A stretch of 64,000 nt of DNA from an uncultured bacterium (GCA_963801165.1 CAWDDT010000006.1:590577-654576), one strand, 5' to 3'. Numbered from the stretch's first letter, positions 39,617 through 49,939 are shown. The notes: generated from the letters alone by a model not told the origin. Program-made: numbers and translations.

Positions 39617-39671
39617 CGTCAAAGAATCACAACGTCAAAGAATCACAACGTCAAAGAATCACAACGTCAAA
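39617..39671. repeat. 16-bp tandem repeat (CGTCAAAGAATCACAA) x3 plus 7 bp
   Basis: Read directly; upstream of the Flp fusion gene. Confidence 0.95.
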
Positions 39672-40008
39672 TTCACCACTGAGCGACACAAAATCGCAGC
39701 ACCGTGCAGCTCGAATCACCATCCGAGAATCCGCCACCAACACAACGGCAGCTTCATCGATCAGGCACTCGTACCCTGGAGCCGAATCCGGTGAACTAGC
39801 TTCCGGAATCTGCTGCACCTTCTGATGTACACCATCGGTCGCATGCGGCACAAACCTGAGGCTTTCAACCGCGGTGAGAATCTCACAGATTACGGCGCGA
39901 GGCCGCACAATGATGTGATTCCATGGAGAGCAATGGGAACACGCTTGCGAATCGAAAGGAGCAGCCATTCCCCCGCCCTTATTGAAGAGACCCCCTTCAC
40001 GGAGCGAC

Positions 40009-41118
40009 TTATGTGTCTCCCATCCGGTGCAACAGATCATCCAAGAGTCCGGCTTCATCGACAAGGGGCTTGACGGTGCCTGCCCCCCGACGGCACCACG
40101 TGCACAGCACGCGCCCGTCCTTGCCAGGGCTTGCTGCCGTGGCGGTGCTGCAGCTTTCGCACGGGACAGTTGTGCCCGACACCAGGGCCCGTCGGTCGGC
40201 CGGATACTCGACCCGATCGCCGAACAAGATGGCGTCGTCGGGACAGGCCACGGCGCAGACGCCACAGTCGAGACAGATCGCCGGCAAGAAGGTGATCGAG
40301 AAGACGTCCTCGCCGGTGTCCTGTTCTAGAGCGTCGGTGGGGCAGAACTTAGAGCACAGACCGCAGGCGGTGCAGCGTCCAGGATCGACCCGAGCGTCGG
40401 CTAGCGGGGCGAGGGCGGTGCCGAGGACGTCGACTGAATCGAGGTAGGTGAGCAGACGCCGGCGCGATGCGGGCAAAGGGCCTTCGCGATCGACCAGGCC
40501 CGTCGCTTCCTCTCGCAGTGAGCGGAACAGTGCGCGTCGCGTGAACCGTGGACGGCTGCCCTCGATGATCTCGTCTGGCGGCGTCCCCGAAGGCTCGGCC
40601 GAGGCGAGGCGAACCGGCTCCGAACCGGACAGGAGCGCGTTGGCGGCTTGGGCCCGAGCGACAATCACGCTCTGAAGCGAACCTATTGGGCAGGTGTCAC
40701 AGAGCGAGTCGTCGAGCACGAGTGGGCGGCTCCCGCCCGCGGAAAGTCCGAGGAGGGTGGCCTCGTCGAGGCTCCCCAGGCATCGGGTATGGGCGACCAC
40801 CGACTCGACTCCGAGAGGGGCACCAGACGGATCGGAGCGGCGAGCACAAACAACACCGAGTTCCTTCGGCTGCGCCTGTTCGACAGATCGAAGAAGGGTC
40901 CGTTCGGTTCGATCGTGGGGGCCAAAGACATCGGTGGGACATACCGCGATGCATGCTCCGCACCCGATGCAGGAATCCGGGCTGAGACTAGGTGCCGGAC
41001 GATCCATTGCGATGGCGCCGGTCGGACACGCCCCGGCGCACCGCAGGCATCCGGCATCTCGGTGCACGAGGTTGAGACACCGATCCCGGTTTGTTGGCGG
41101 AACCGTTGCGCCGATCAT
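40009..41118 (-). CDS. Polyferredoxin-like 4Fe-4S protein
   Basis: Several CxxCxxCxxxCP motifs at both ends. Confidence 0.85.
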   Translation of the reverse strand: MIGATVPPTNRDRCLNLVHRDAGCLRCAGACPTGAIAMDRPAPSLSPDSCIGCGACIAVCPTDVFGPHDRTERTLLRSVEQAQPKELGVVCARRSDPSGAPLGVESVVAHTRCLGSLDEATLLGLSAGGSRPLVLDDSLCDTCPIGSLQSVIVARAQAANALLSGSEPVRLASAEPSGTPPDEIIEGSRPRFTRRALFRSLREEATGLVDREGPLPASRRRLLTYLDSVDVLGTALAPLADARVDPGRCTACGLCSKFCPTDALEQDTGEDVFSITFLPAICLDCGVCAVACPDDAILFGDRVEYPADRRALVSGTTVPCESCSTATAASPGKDGRVLCTWCRRGAGTVKPLVDEAGLLDDLLHRMGDT

Positions 41119-41136
41119 CGGGGACGTCCACGCGGC

Positions 41137-41169
41137 ATCGTGGGGCCGGATACGATCCGGCCCCACGAT
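41137..41169 (-). terminator. 15-bp-stem hairpin after the ttrA-like gene
   Basis: ATCGTGGGGCCGGAT-acg-ATCCGGCCCCACGAT. Confidence 0.6.
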
Positions 41170-41196
41170 CGGTGCCTAGGGAGGAGGGGCTTCGGG

Positions 41197-44100
41197 TCAC
41201 ACCTTCTCAACACGAACCTTCGTGTCGTAGAAGCTGGCGCTGCCCCCGATCGGGTCGGTGAGGCACACGTCACCGAGGACCGGATCGATGCGCATGGCCG
41301 GGTTCGGCACGGTGCCTGAAGCTCGCTCAGGATCTCCCTTCACGCGTTGGCCATCGATGACGACATCGTTGGACCCGTAGGCCCAATGGCCACGCCAGGA
41401 CAAACCGATTGTTCCCGGGCGCATTCCCTCCATGACCTTCACCTCGGCGACCACGTTGTACGTGCGCCCGTCACCGAGGTCGAATGCTCCGGTCGGGAGA
41501 GTGGCCGACACGATACGTGCCGAGTCGCCCGACTTGATGCCGCGGGCGTCGGCATCCCTGCTATTCATTTGCAAGTAGTTCTTGGGGGCCACTGCCTTCT
41601 GCAGCCAATCGGATCCACGGCTGCGGCTCTGTCCTTCCCAGATCTCCTTGAAAGTGATGAGGCTGAGGTCGAAGTCGCCATCGTCGATCTCGTTGCCTGC
41701 GACGTCCTTGACCTGCTGCCACATCGGCAAGCCGTCGAACTGCTCGCCGGTCATCGAGTCCTTGACTTTGGCGACGTTCTCCACGAAGAGGTTCCAACGG
41801 CTGTTCCACTGATGGGCCAACCACTCATTGTCTTTGTAGAGCTTGTCGCTCGGCTCGAAACGGCCACCGCGGTTGAGGAGGTAGACGACGCTCGGCCAGA
41901 GGCTGTCCGGCACCGCTCGTTTCCACACCTCCTCGTCGAAAACAGCCTTCGGCAGATGCCTGCGAGCTTCTTGGAAGATGCGCAGTTCCTCCGCGTCCGC
42001 TGGCGGAAGGGTCTCTGAACCGTCTTCCTTGTCGCCGAACGCGAGGTTCGAAACCATCGCGAGAAAGTACTGTTCCGGTCGGTCGAAGGGATACCCTTCG
42101 CCCAATCCGTCCGTGCCGAATCCCGCCAAGCCGAGTTTCTTGCCGACGGCGATGAGGAACGCCTCGAACGAGATCGGAATCTGCTCGCCCTCAACGTCGA
42201 CGATCTCGGTCAGCGGCGCCATGGTTGGCTGCCGCACCTTGCTGATCTTCGTTTCGGTCGCCGGTGACGTGTGGGGGGTTCCCCACCTTTCCATGTAAGT
42301 GAGATCCGGAAGGATGTAGTCAGCGTACATGGACGTTTCGCCGATCACGATGTCGCAGGCGACGAAGAGCGGGATCTTGGTTGGATCCTTGAGCGCCGGG
42401 ATCTGCGCATGTCCCGCAGGAGACGCCAATGCAACGGTGCCCATGTTCGAGAAGAGGAACTTCGCCTGATATGGATAGCCAGCAGCGGCGCTTGGAATGA
42501 CATGCTGATAAACGTCATTGGTGAACGGATACCACGGGCGCTTGGCGGGGAATCCCTCGAACAGGGTCGACTTGTCGTACTGTGCCTCCTGTCGGTTGAT
42601 GTGGATGCCCCACTTCTTCAAGCCGCCTGGTGCCGCAGCAACGACGCTCTTCGGGAACGGCGCCCCGGTTTTGGACCCGTCTTCGTGCCAACCACCGCCG
42701 CCTGCAGTCAGTCCACCGCGGTGGTTGACGTTTCCGATCAACACGTTGAGGGTGATGATCGCCTGGCCGTTGTGGTAACCGTTGGTGTGCTGCACCGGGC
42801 CGCGATACATGTCTGTCGCCGCTCGCTTCCCGTGGCTGGTGAACTCGTCAGCCAGTTCCACGATCTCGCTCTCGCGGAGGCCGCTGATGTCGGCGTACTC
42901 GGCAAGGGTTCGCTCGTTGGCCCGGTCGCCGAGCAACTGGAAGGCCGGCTTCACGGGTATACCGTTCACGGTGAACTCGCCGAGCAGGTTGCCTGCCGTA
43001 GCGTTGTCCGCCGCCACCGGACCGGCATCGGTCATGACGACGCGGCCGCCGGTGATCGGGTTGCCATCGGAGTCCTGCGCCGGTTCGACGCCTGCATCCT
43101 CGGCCGTGAGGAACACCATCTCGTCGAGACGCACCAGATGCGTAGCGTCGGTGTAGCTCGCCTCCCCGTTGTCCTCCGCTGCAGTCATGCTCGGTGCCGA
43201 GAGGTACGAGGTGTCGTAGCGGCCGTTCTCGATGATCCACCGGATCATCCCCAACGCGAGGGCGCCGTCGCCTCCCGGGCTGACCGGCACCCATCTCCAC
43301 GCCTTCGCCGCCGTCTTCGAAAGTCTTGGATCAACAACGGCGTACTTGAACCGGTTCCTGATCAACGAGTCGGTGACCTGTTCAGCCATCGGCGTCGGTC
43401 CGAAGTTCGATTCGAACGCGCCGGTGCCGAAGAAGATCACGAACTCCGCCGAGAGCAGGTCGGGCTTCATGTGATCCTTGTCACCAGTCATCTGCTTGAA
43501 AGCGATGTGGTGGCTCTGCTCACAGATTGTTGTGTGCAGATAGAAGTTCACCGATCCCATACCGTCGTAGGTGAACCGATTCATCAGCTCCTTGCGACCG
43601 TGTTCGACACGGCCGCCCAGGAACACGAATTGGTTGTTCACCGGTCCAAGGTCCGGATGGTCGGGGTCGATGAGCACATCGAGATGATCGGCGTTCTTGG
43701 CTTTGAACTCATCGACAGTCATCTCGCCGGCGACGACGGCGTCGGTGTCCGTGGCCAGTTCGCTTGCCAGGTCAGGATCGCGCAGCTTGTAGATGTCCTT
43801 CAAGCCGTCGACGTGACCCTCACCGAACAGGTCACCACCGTTGACGACCTGGTCGATGAACTGGTCCCACGAGATTGCCTGCCATTCGCCCTGGCCGCGC
43901 GGGCCGACCCGCTTGAGGACTTTGCGGATCCGGTAGGGGTCGTAGGCGATCTGGACGGACGACTGACCTTTGGGACAGATCTTCGCGTCGTCCTTTGCCG
44001 CTTCGGCCAGCGGGGTGCTCTCCGCCAGATTCGGGAGCAGGTTCATGGGACTGTATGGGTTCCCGTCGACCTTCACCAGCACACCGTCTTGGATCTTCGC

Positions 44101-44364
44101 CTTCATGGTGCATGCCGTGTGGCAGCTGAGACAGACGCTGTAGATCGTGTTCTCCGGGTTGTTCAGCGGGTACGGTACGTCGGCGTTGGCCACGACCGGC
44201 TCGGCGATGTTTCCTGTGATCCGTGCCAGCGCCGGCAGCGATCCGGCCATGGCGAGGGCACCACCGACCATGACTCCGGTCTTGACGAAGTCTCTACGCG
44301 TAACCGCAAAACAGTCCTCGAAAGCTTCGACAGTTCCGGACTTGTCGATGTTCTCGATGGCCAC
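41197..44364 (-). CDS. ttrA: Tat-exported Mo/W-bisPGD catalytic subunit, TtrA/SrdA family
   Basis: TRRDFVK Tat motif; CLSCHTAC..CPKG FS0; HTTICEQSH; ETSMYADYILPDLTYMERW; GHWAYG; SFYDTKV. Substrate uncertain. Confidence 0.8.
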   Translation of the reverse strand: MAIENIDKSGTVEAFEDCFAVTRRDFVKTGVMVGGALAMAGSLPALARITGNIAEPVVANADVPYPLNNPENTIYSVCLSCHTACTMKAKIQDGVLVKVDGNPYSPMNLLPNLAESTPLAEAAKDDAKICPKGQSSVQIAYDPYRIRKVLKRVGPRGQGEWQAISWDQFIDQVVNGGDLFGEGHVDGLKDIYKLRDPDLASELATDTDAVVAGEMTVDEFKAKNADHLDVLIDPDHPDLGPVNNQFVFLGGRVEHGRKELMNRFTYDGMGSVNFYLHTTICEQSHHIAFKQMTGDKDHMKPDLLSAEFVIFFGTGAFESNFGPTPMAEQVTDSLIRNRFKYAVVDPRLSKTAAKAWRWVPVSPGGDGALALGMIRWIIENGRYDTSYLSAPSMTAAEDNGEASYTDATHLVRLDEMVFLTAEDAGVEPAQDSDGNPITGGRVVMTDAGPVAADNATAGNLLGEFTVNGIPVKPAFQLLGDRANERTLAEYADISGLRESEIVELADEFTSHGKRAATDMYRGPVQHTNGYHNGQAIITLNVLIGNVNHRGGLTAGGGGWHEDGSKTGAPFPKSVVAAAPGGLKKWGIHINRQEAQYDKSTLFEGFPAKRPWYPFTNDVYQHVIPSAAAGYPYQAKFLFSNMGTVALASPAGHAQIPALKDPTKIPLFVACDIVIGETSMYADYILPDLTYMERWGTPHTSPATETKISKVRQPTMAPLTEIVDVEGEQIPISFEAFLIAVGKKLGLAGFGTDGLGEGYPFDRPEQYFLAMVSNLAFGDKEDGSETLPPADAEELRIFQEARRHLPKAVFDEEVWKRAVPDSLWPSVVYLLNRGGRFEPSDKLYKDNEWLAHQWNSRWNLFVENVAKVKDSMTGEQFDGLPMWQQVKDVAGNEIDDGDFDLSLITFKEIWEGQSRSRGSDWLQKAVAPKNYLQMNSRDADARGIKSGDSARIVSATLPTGAFDLGDGRTYNVVAEVKVMEGMRPGTIGLSWRGHWAYGSNDVVIDGQRVKGDPERASGTVPNPAMRIDPVLGDVCLTDPIGGSASFYDTKVRVEKV

Positions 44365-45597
44365 TCAGACCACCTCCTTGCTGCGAACGATGGGTAGGAG
44401 CTGATAGCCGGCGAGGAACACCAGCCCGGCAAGCGAGACAACCCAGACAAACACGAGCCATTCGCCGACGCTGGGGAAGTAATCGAAGGACAGCCCCGGT
44501 CCTCCGAATGCCCCCTTGAGGCCCTGCAGCTCCTCGACATCGAGTCCCGGCAGGACGATGTTCAGCCGCACTGCCAGGAAGGTCGCGGCGACAAGAGCGC
44601 CGGCCCAGCCGAGCGCAGGGATCGAGCGGCTGCGGAAGACGAGAAGTGCGAGTGGAACGATGATTCCCAGAATGACATGGACGATCCAGAAGGCCCACCA
44701 GTAGGGACCGAACATGACCAGGCGAATGCCCTCTGTGACAGTCGGCACCGACGAGATCAGGCCGGTGGAGTACTCGGCCCACTCGAGCAGCACGTCCAGC
44801 GCGAGCATCCCGAGCACGATTTGCCCGAGGAAGATCACCGTTTGGCTATGAGCCGGGGTACCTCGTTCTGGGCCCCAGATGGCCGTCAGGAACGTCAGGA
44901 GCGCGCCGCCTGAAACGAGCGCGCCGACGAGGAACACAATTGGGGTGAGGCCTCCGTGCCAGAAGGGCCGAGCACCGATTACTCCGAAGAGCGCACCGAC
45001 GCCCCCGTGGAACGCAACGGCGAGCGGCACCCCGATCGCACCGAGCACCCGAAGGACCCGGTAGTCAGAGGCGACGGCCTCCGGCGATCGGTCCTTGCGG
45101 CCGAAAGTAAGAAAGTTGCACAGCCTTCCCCGGAAGCCCGGATCATCGGCACAGACCGCCATGTCCGCCCGCATGGCAAACCAGAGCTCGGCGAGGAGCA
45201 GCACGAAGTAGCTCGAGTAGAGCCACGCCATCCACCCCATCATCGACGTGAAATGGGTGTGCGTGATCAATCGATAGGCTCGGAACGGATGCCCGAGATC
45301 GAACCAGATCAGCAACATTGCCCCGAACAGCGTGACAAGCGCTGTGAATAGGGCCATCTTGCCGATTTTCGCGAGCCGCTGCACCTTGAACACGTACACA
45401 AGGGTCGACAGGAGGAACGCACCAGCCGACAGGCCGATCAGGTAGATGTATGCAGCCACCCACAGACCCCACGGAACGTAGCTTCCGTAGTTGGCCATTT
45501 GGTGGCCCATAGTGATGCGCTCTACGACACCGAAGATTCCGACGAGGAATCCGATCGTCGCGATCGCCCAGGCGATGGTCTTGGACGTCTTGGTCAT
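44365..45597 (-). CDS. NrfD/PsrC/TtrC-type membrane anchor
   Basis: VPWGLWVAAY, DLGHP.R, SMM, RPFW. Confidence 0.88.
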   Translation of the reverse strand: MTKTSKTIAWAIATIGFLVGIFGVVERITMGHQMANYGSYVPWGLWVAAYIYLIGLSAGAFLLSTLVYVFKVQRLAKIGKMALFTALVTLFGAMLLIWFDLGHPFRAYRLITHTHFTSMMGWMAWLYSSYFVLLLAELWFAMRADMAVCADDPGFRGRLCNFLTFGRKDRSPEAVASDYRVLRVLGAIGVPLAVAFHGGVGALFGVIGARPFWHGGLTPIVFLVGALVSGGALLTFLTAIWGPERGTPAHSQTVIFLGQIVLGMLALDVLLEWAEYSTGLISSVPTVTEGIRLVMFGPYWWAFWIVHVILGIIVPLALLVFRSRSIPALGWAGALVAATFLAVRLNIVLPGLDVEELQGLKGAFGGPGLSFDYFPSVGEWLVFVWVVSLAGLVFLAGYQLLPIVRSKEVV

Positions 45598-45611
45598 AGT
45601 TGCACCTCCTC

Positions 45612-46331
45612 TCACACCAGGTAGTAGACCGACGGCTTGGTACCCAGCTCTTCTTTGAGTCGGATGGCATTCGGCAGCGCGGCCATCTCGGCCACGAGCG
45701 AGTCCGGGTCGTTGATGTCACCGAAGTAGTTAGCGGTCCCGATGCAGGTCGTCACGCATGCCGGGAGCAGCCCTTGCTCCAGCCGGTGGAGACAGAACGT
45801 GCACTTGCGTGCATTGCCGATCGGCGAATCGTCGTCTTCCCGGGGCCATTCCTTCCCGTACTCGAAGTTCGGCAGCAGTTCGTAGTCCATCTGCTGCGGG
45901 GAGTCCTCGGTGTAGGTGTGACCGGTATCGAACGTCCGGGCTGAATAGGGACAGGCAGTGATGCAGTAGCGGCACCCGATGCACTGGTTGTAGTCGATCT
46001 CGATGATGCCGTCTTCGCGTTGCCATGTGGCTTCGACCGGGCACACCGGCACGCAGGGAGGCTCTTCGCACTGGAGACAGGGTCTAGGCATGAACCTTCG
46101 AGTCACGTTGGGGAACGTGCCCAACTCGGTTTCGAGGACCGGCCGGTAGACAACACCGGGCGGTAGCTTGTTCTCGGCAACGCAGCTCACCGTGCAGGCT
46201 TGGCAACCGACGCATTTGCGCAGGTCGATCACCATTGCCCAGTGGCGCTGGTCGACGGGTTTCTCGAGTGCTCGCTCGATCTCGTGCCGCATCCGAACGA
46301 GGGCACTGTCCTGCTTGAGTAGCTCGGGCAT
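45612..46331 (-). CDS. ttrB: Four-cluster 4Fe-4S subunit (TtrB/PsrB type)
   Basis: [41 protein letters not shown]. Confidence 0.88.
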   Translation of the reverse strand: MPELLKQDSALVRMRHEIERALEKPVDQRHWAMVIDLRKCVGCQACTVSCVAENKLPPGVVYRPVLETELGTFPNVTRRFMPRPCLQCEEPPCVPVCPVEATWQREDGIIEIDYNQCIGCRYCITACPYSARTFDTGHTYTEDSPQQMDYELLPNFEYGKEWPREDDDSPIGNARKCTFCLHRLEQGLLPACVTTCIGTANYFGDINDPDSLVAEMAALPNAIRLKEELGTKPSVYYLV

Positions 46332-46390
46332 GCACCGACTCCTCTCGTGGTACCCATCGACATTGGACCGCGGACGGTTCCAGCGCGGTA

Positions 46391-46463
46391 GCAGGGAAGA
46401 CCCGGTTTCGTGTCGGGGCGGCCCCGGCGATTGTCGAGGCAGTGTGTAGGGGAGTTCCCCGAC
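46391..46463. promoter_or_regulatory. Candidate response-regulator binding palindromes
   Basis: GTAGGGGAGTTCCCCGAC (46446-46463), GTCGGGGCGGCCCCGGC (46412-46428), weaker GCAGGGAAGACCCGG. Confidence 0.5.
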
Positions 46464-46469
46464 GTCGGG

Positions 46470-47123
46470 TTACTGGAGGACCCCCAGCTCCAGTGCCAGC
46501 CGGACGAGCGCAGCCCGGCTGTGGAGACCGAGCTTGTGCATCATGCGAGCCTTGTACGTTTCAACAGTCTTCACACTCAAGAACAGCATCGCGGCAATCT
46601 CGGCGTTGGAATGACCCAACGCGGTGAGCTTGAAGATCTGCGTCTCGCGTTCGCTCAGCGACTGGTACCGAGTCTTGTCGTTGTCCCCAGGGTGTGATAC
46701 CTCTAGAGCCTCTTCAAGCAGCACCCGTGTGTGGCGAGGGTTCACATACACTCCGCCGTCGTACACGGCCCTAATGGCGATGAGGAGCTCGTCGGGGGCG
46801 GACTGTTTCAAAACGAAGCCGGCGCCGCCGGATTCGAGCACGGTGCGGAGGTAGGCAGAATCGTCATGCATCGTCAGCGCCAGCACCTTGCAGTTGGGGA
46901 GCCGCTCCTTGATTATCGGGAGGGCTTCGAGCCCGCTGCACGTCGGCATGTTGAGATCCATCACCACCACGTCCGGCTCGAGCTCGGCCACGAGCTCCAC
47001 GCAGACCGCTCCGTCGCCTGCTTCACCGACAACTTCGAAGTCCTCTTCCGCGCTGAGGAGTGATCTCAGCCCGGCACGCAGCACGGCGTGATCGTCGGCG
47101 ATCACGATGCGGATCGGACTCAT
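46470..47123 (-). CDS. NarL/LuxR-family response regulator
   Basis: IADDH, VMDLNMP, LSERE..GHSNAEIA..LSVKTVETY. Confidence 0.93.
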   Translation of the reverse strand: MSPIRIVIADDHAVLRAGLRSLLSAEEDFEVVGEAGDGAVCVELVAELEPDVVVMDLNMPTCSGLEALPIIKERLPNCKVLALTMHDDSAYLRTVLESGGAGFVLKQSAPDELLIAIRAVYDGGVYVNPRHTRVLLEEALEVSHPGDNDKTRYQSLSERETQIFKLTALGHSNAEIAAMLFLSVKTVETYKARMMHKLGLHSRAALVRLALELGVLQ

Positions 47124-48532
47124 GTCGGCACCTCGATGAAGATCGTCGATCCTTGCCCGCTGCTCTCGAAACGGACCTTGCCGCCGAGGAGCTCGGCCCG
47201 CTCGGTCATGCCATGAATCCCGACACTTTGACCCGACTTTCGTACTGCTTCGAAGTCGAACCCGTTTCCGTCGTCTTCGATGATGGCCTGGGTCCATCCG
47301 TCGCGCTGGGCAACGACCACGCTGATGGTGCTACCGCCGCTATGACGGGCTGCGTTGGTCATGCCTTCCTGGACTATACGATACAGGGTGGTTTCGGCCG
47401 CGGGGGAAAGCCTTGTCGTGAAGTCGAGGTGTGTGTCGACCCTGAACTCGGGATAGAGGCTCTGAAACTCTGCCGCGTAGTGGCGGAGAGCTTCGGCAAG
47501 GCCCAGGTCGTCGAGGATGCTCGGTCTCAGCCCGCGACTCAGCTGCCTGACGGTCTGGAGCGTCTCAGCGGTCACTTCGCGTAGCTCCGATGCCAACTCT
47601 TGGGCCTGGCTCCGGTCCTCAACCTGTCCGAGGGCCGAGATCCCCAGGCTGAGAGAGTTCAGGGCCTGACCGACGCCATCGTGGAGTTCCCGGGCGATCC
47701 GCTTTCTCTCCTCCTCCTGGGCAGTGATGAGCTGTTCGAGAAGCCGGGTACGTGCTGCCTCCTTCTCTGCGATCGTTGCCTGGCTCGCCTCGAGATCCGC
47801 GACCATTGTGTTGAACGCTTCGGCAAGCACGCCGATCTCGTCCTTGGCCCAAAGCTTGGCCCGCGCCCCCAGATCGCCGGATCCGACCTGATTCGTCGTC
47901 CCGACCAGGTCGAGGATCGGTCTAGTCAGAATCCAGGTGAGGAAGATGGCCGCTCCGACTCCGAACAGGGCCACGACCAGGGTTGTCAGCAGCATCTGCC
48001 CGGTCACACCATCAATGACATTGTGCAGCCGGGTCTCGGACATGCCGACGTGCGCGGTACCAGCCTGGGCATCGAAAATCGCCGCGCTGAAGTCATGCAT
48101 ACGTCCGTCCGTGGTGTCATAAACCACCCGGTCGTCTGTAGCCGGCAGCGAGAGGAGCCCCGTCGGGAAGCCCTCGTCGCCAAAGCTGTGAGCGATGACC
48201 CTGCCGTCGGGATCGACGACGAATGCGTAGACGATGTCAGGATGGTTGCCAACGGTCTCGACGAGCAACTGGTGAAGGGCGAACGTGTCGTTGAGCAGGA
48301 TCGGGTCGACGCTGCGGGCGGCCAGGTCGCTGACGACCGACGTGCCCCGGCTGTCGAGTTCGTCCAGCAACACAGCGTGCATGACCGTCCGAACCTGCCA
48401 GGTGATGCCCAGGCCCAGCACGATGGTCAGGGCAAGAACGATACCGAGGATCTTGGTGCGGATGCTGGCCGCCCCCAGCAGCTCCCTGGCTGCTGCCGAA
48501 TAGGATTCGAAGCGATTACTCGCGGCGGTCAT
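47120..48532 (-). CDS. Membrane sensor kinase (HAMP, HisKA_3)
   Basis: Two TM, HAMP, EEERKRIARELHDGVGQ, LRPSILDDLGL, DDGNGF. Confidence 0.92.
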   Translation of the reverse strand: MTAASNRFESYSAAARELLGAASIRTKILGIVLALTIVLGLGITWQVRTVMHAVLLDELDSRGTSVVSDLAARSVDPILLNDTFALHQLLVETVGNHPDIVYAFVVDPDGRVIAHSFGDEGFPTGLLSLPATDDRVVYDTTDGRMHDFSAAIFDAQAGTAHVGMSETRLHNVIDGVTGQMLLTTLVVALFGVGAAIFLTWILTRPILDLVGTTNQVGSGDLGARAKLWAKDEIGVLAEAFNTMVADLEASQATIAEKEAARTRLLEQLITAQEEERKRIARELHDGVGQALNSLSLGISALGQVEDRSQAQELASELREVTAETLQTVRQLSRGLRPSILDDLGLAEALRHYAAEFQSLYPEFRVDTHLDFTTRLSPAAETTLYRIVQEGMTNAARHSGGSTISVVVAQRDGWTQAIIEDDGNGFDFEAVRKSGQSVGIHGMTERAELLGGKVRFESSGQGSTIFIEVPT

Positions 48533-49442
48533 GGGCTTCGACCTGTGCCATGACTGTCCGCACACCGTCGTAGGCGGGGTCGTCTACCGAGACGAAACCG
48601 TCGATCCCGAGACTTCGGAGAACATCTCCCGCCTCGGGATCGTCTGCCAGGGACAACAACAGGTTGCGGAGTTCCGCTTCGTAGGCGCGGGTGATGGAAG
48701 GAGATACCACAACGGGCGGGATCGTGAAGGCCGGGGATCGGTCGATGACTCTGATTCTTGACGAAAGCTCCGCGTCGCGGGCGAGCGCGTATTCGAGCAC
48801 GAGGCTGTCGACACCGGCGCCGTCGGCAACATGCTCGGCAACCGCCGCGATAGCGCGGTCGTGGCTGTAGGTGAAGAATGTCGCACCGAAGAACGTGCCG
48901 GGGTTCTCACCCAATTGCTCAACGAGATACGTGGGGTACATGCGTCCGGTCGTGCTGATGGGGTCGGTGAAAGCGAACACGCTGCCACGAAGGTCGGCCA
49001 TCGACTCGGCGGAACTGTCTGCCGGGACGATGAGCGTGGAGTAGTAGACCGTCGCTCCATCAATCTCAGGAGCTACCAGCAGACGCAGGCCGAAGTCGTC
49101 GTGGCCGGCGACGTATGCACTCGTACATACGAACCCAACATCGGCCTGTCCGTCTTCGAGGAGATCGTTTATTTCCTGGTACGTGCGGCGTTGGACGATC
49201 TCAACCGGGCGGTTCAACTTCGTCCCCAGGTAGTCGGCAAGCGCTCCGTAGCTCTCGATGTTTGCCTCAGGCGACAGGATGGCTGCGACGGCGATCTCGA
49301 GCGGCTTTACCTCGCCGGTGCCTTCTGCCGGGAGCGGAAGCCGATCGGACAGATCGACAAATGGGACGGGACTCGCCTGGGCGGTCGCACACGCCCCGGT
49401 GAGAAGAGCCAGCCCGAGGAGGAGACGGATACGATTTCTCAT
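48516..49442 (-). CDS. PhnD-like substrate-binding lipoprotein
   Basis: Lipobox LTGAC; RRTYQE, DVGFVC, FAFTDPISTTG, SHD, PPVVV. Confidence 0.85.
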   Translation of the reverse strand: MRNRIRLLLGLALLTGACATAQASPVPFVDLSDRLPLPAEGTGEVKPLEIAVAAILSPEANIESYGALADYLGTKLNRPVEIVQRRTYQEINDLLEDGQADVGFVCTSAYVAGHDDFGLRLLVAPEIDGATVYYSTLIVPADSSAESMADLRGSVFAFTDPISTTGRMYPTYLVEQLGENPGTFFGATFFTYSHDRAIAAVAEHVADGAGVDSLVLEYALARDAELSSRIRVIDRSPAFTIPPVVVSPSITRAYEAELRNLLLSLADDPEAGDVLRSLGIDGFVSVDDPAYDGVRTVMAQVEAHDRRE

Positions 49443-49939
49443 GACGCCTCCTGGACATGTTTCATCACGAAGTCGGCCAAGCCGGCGGCGTCGTTCAGGT
49501 CGAACTGGGGAACCGGCAGATCCCAGTGCTGGTCGGTGACGAGGGCCAGCATCTCGTCGACGGTGCACAACAGCTCATGGCTGCGCTCGGCACGGTGCAC
49601 CTCGATCTTCGGGTAGCTGCCCCGTTTGTAGCCTTCGATGAGAACCAGGTCGACACCGTCGAAGCTCCTGGCGATCACCGCATCGAGGTCTCCCGAGCCG
49701 GCCTCACGTCGAAACACCGCCACTTGGACGGGGCTGGCGCCGACCACGATGTCGGCTCCCGCTTCGGCGAGGCGGTAGGTGTCCTTGCCGGGCACGTCGA
49801 ACGAGGATGGATGACTGTGATGCTTGAGAACGCCGACAGAGAGGCCCCGGTTCTTCAGCTCAGGAAGCAGGTGCTCCAGCACAGTGGTCTTCCCGGTTCC
49901 TGATTTGGCAACGAGCGAGATGACGAGAGGAACGTTCAT
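49439..49939 (-). CDS. mobB: Molybdopterin-guanine dinucleotide biosynthesis protein B
   Basis: KSGTGKTT, LKH, DVPGKDT, EGYK..PKIEV. Confidence 0.93.
   Translation of the reverse strand: MNVPLVISLVAKSGTGKTTVLEHLLPELKNRGLSVGVLKHHSHPSSFDVPGKDTYRLAEAGADIVVGASPVQVAVFRREAGSGDLDAVIARSFDGVDLVLIEGYKRGSYPKIEVHRAERSHELLCTVDEMLALVTDQHWDLPVPQFDLNDAAGLADFVMKHVQEAS

Noticed and set aside
42271-44397. Long antisense ORFs (also 3806-4828, 8633-9883, 17114-18895, 31878-32930)
   Set aside because: Shadow frames of well-supported genes, expected in GC-rich DNA; no recognisable motifs.
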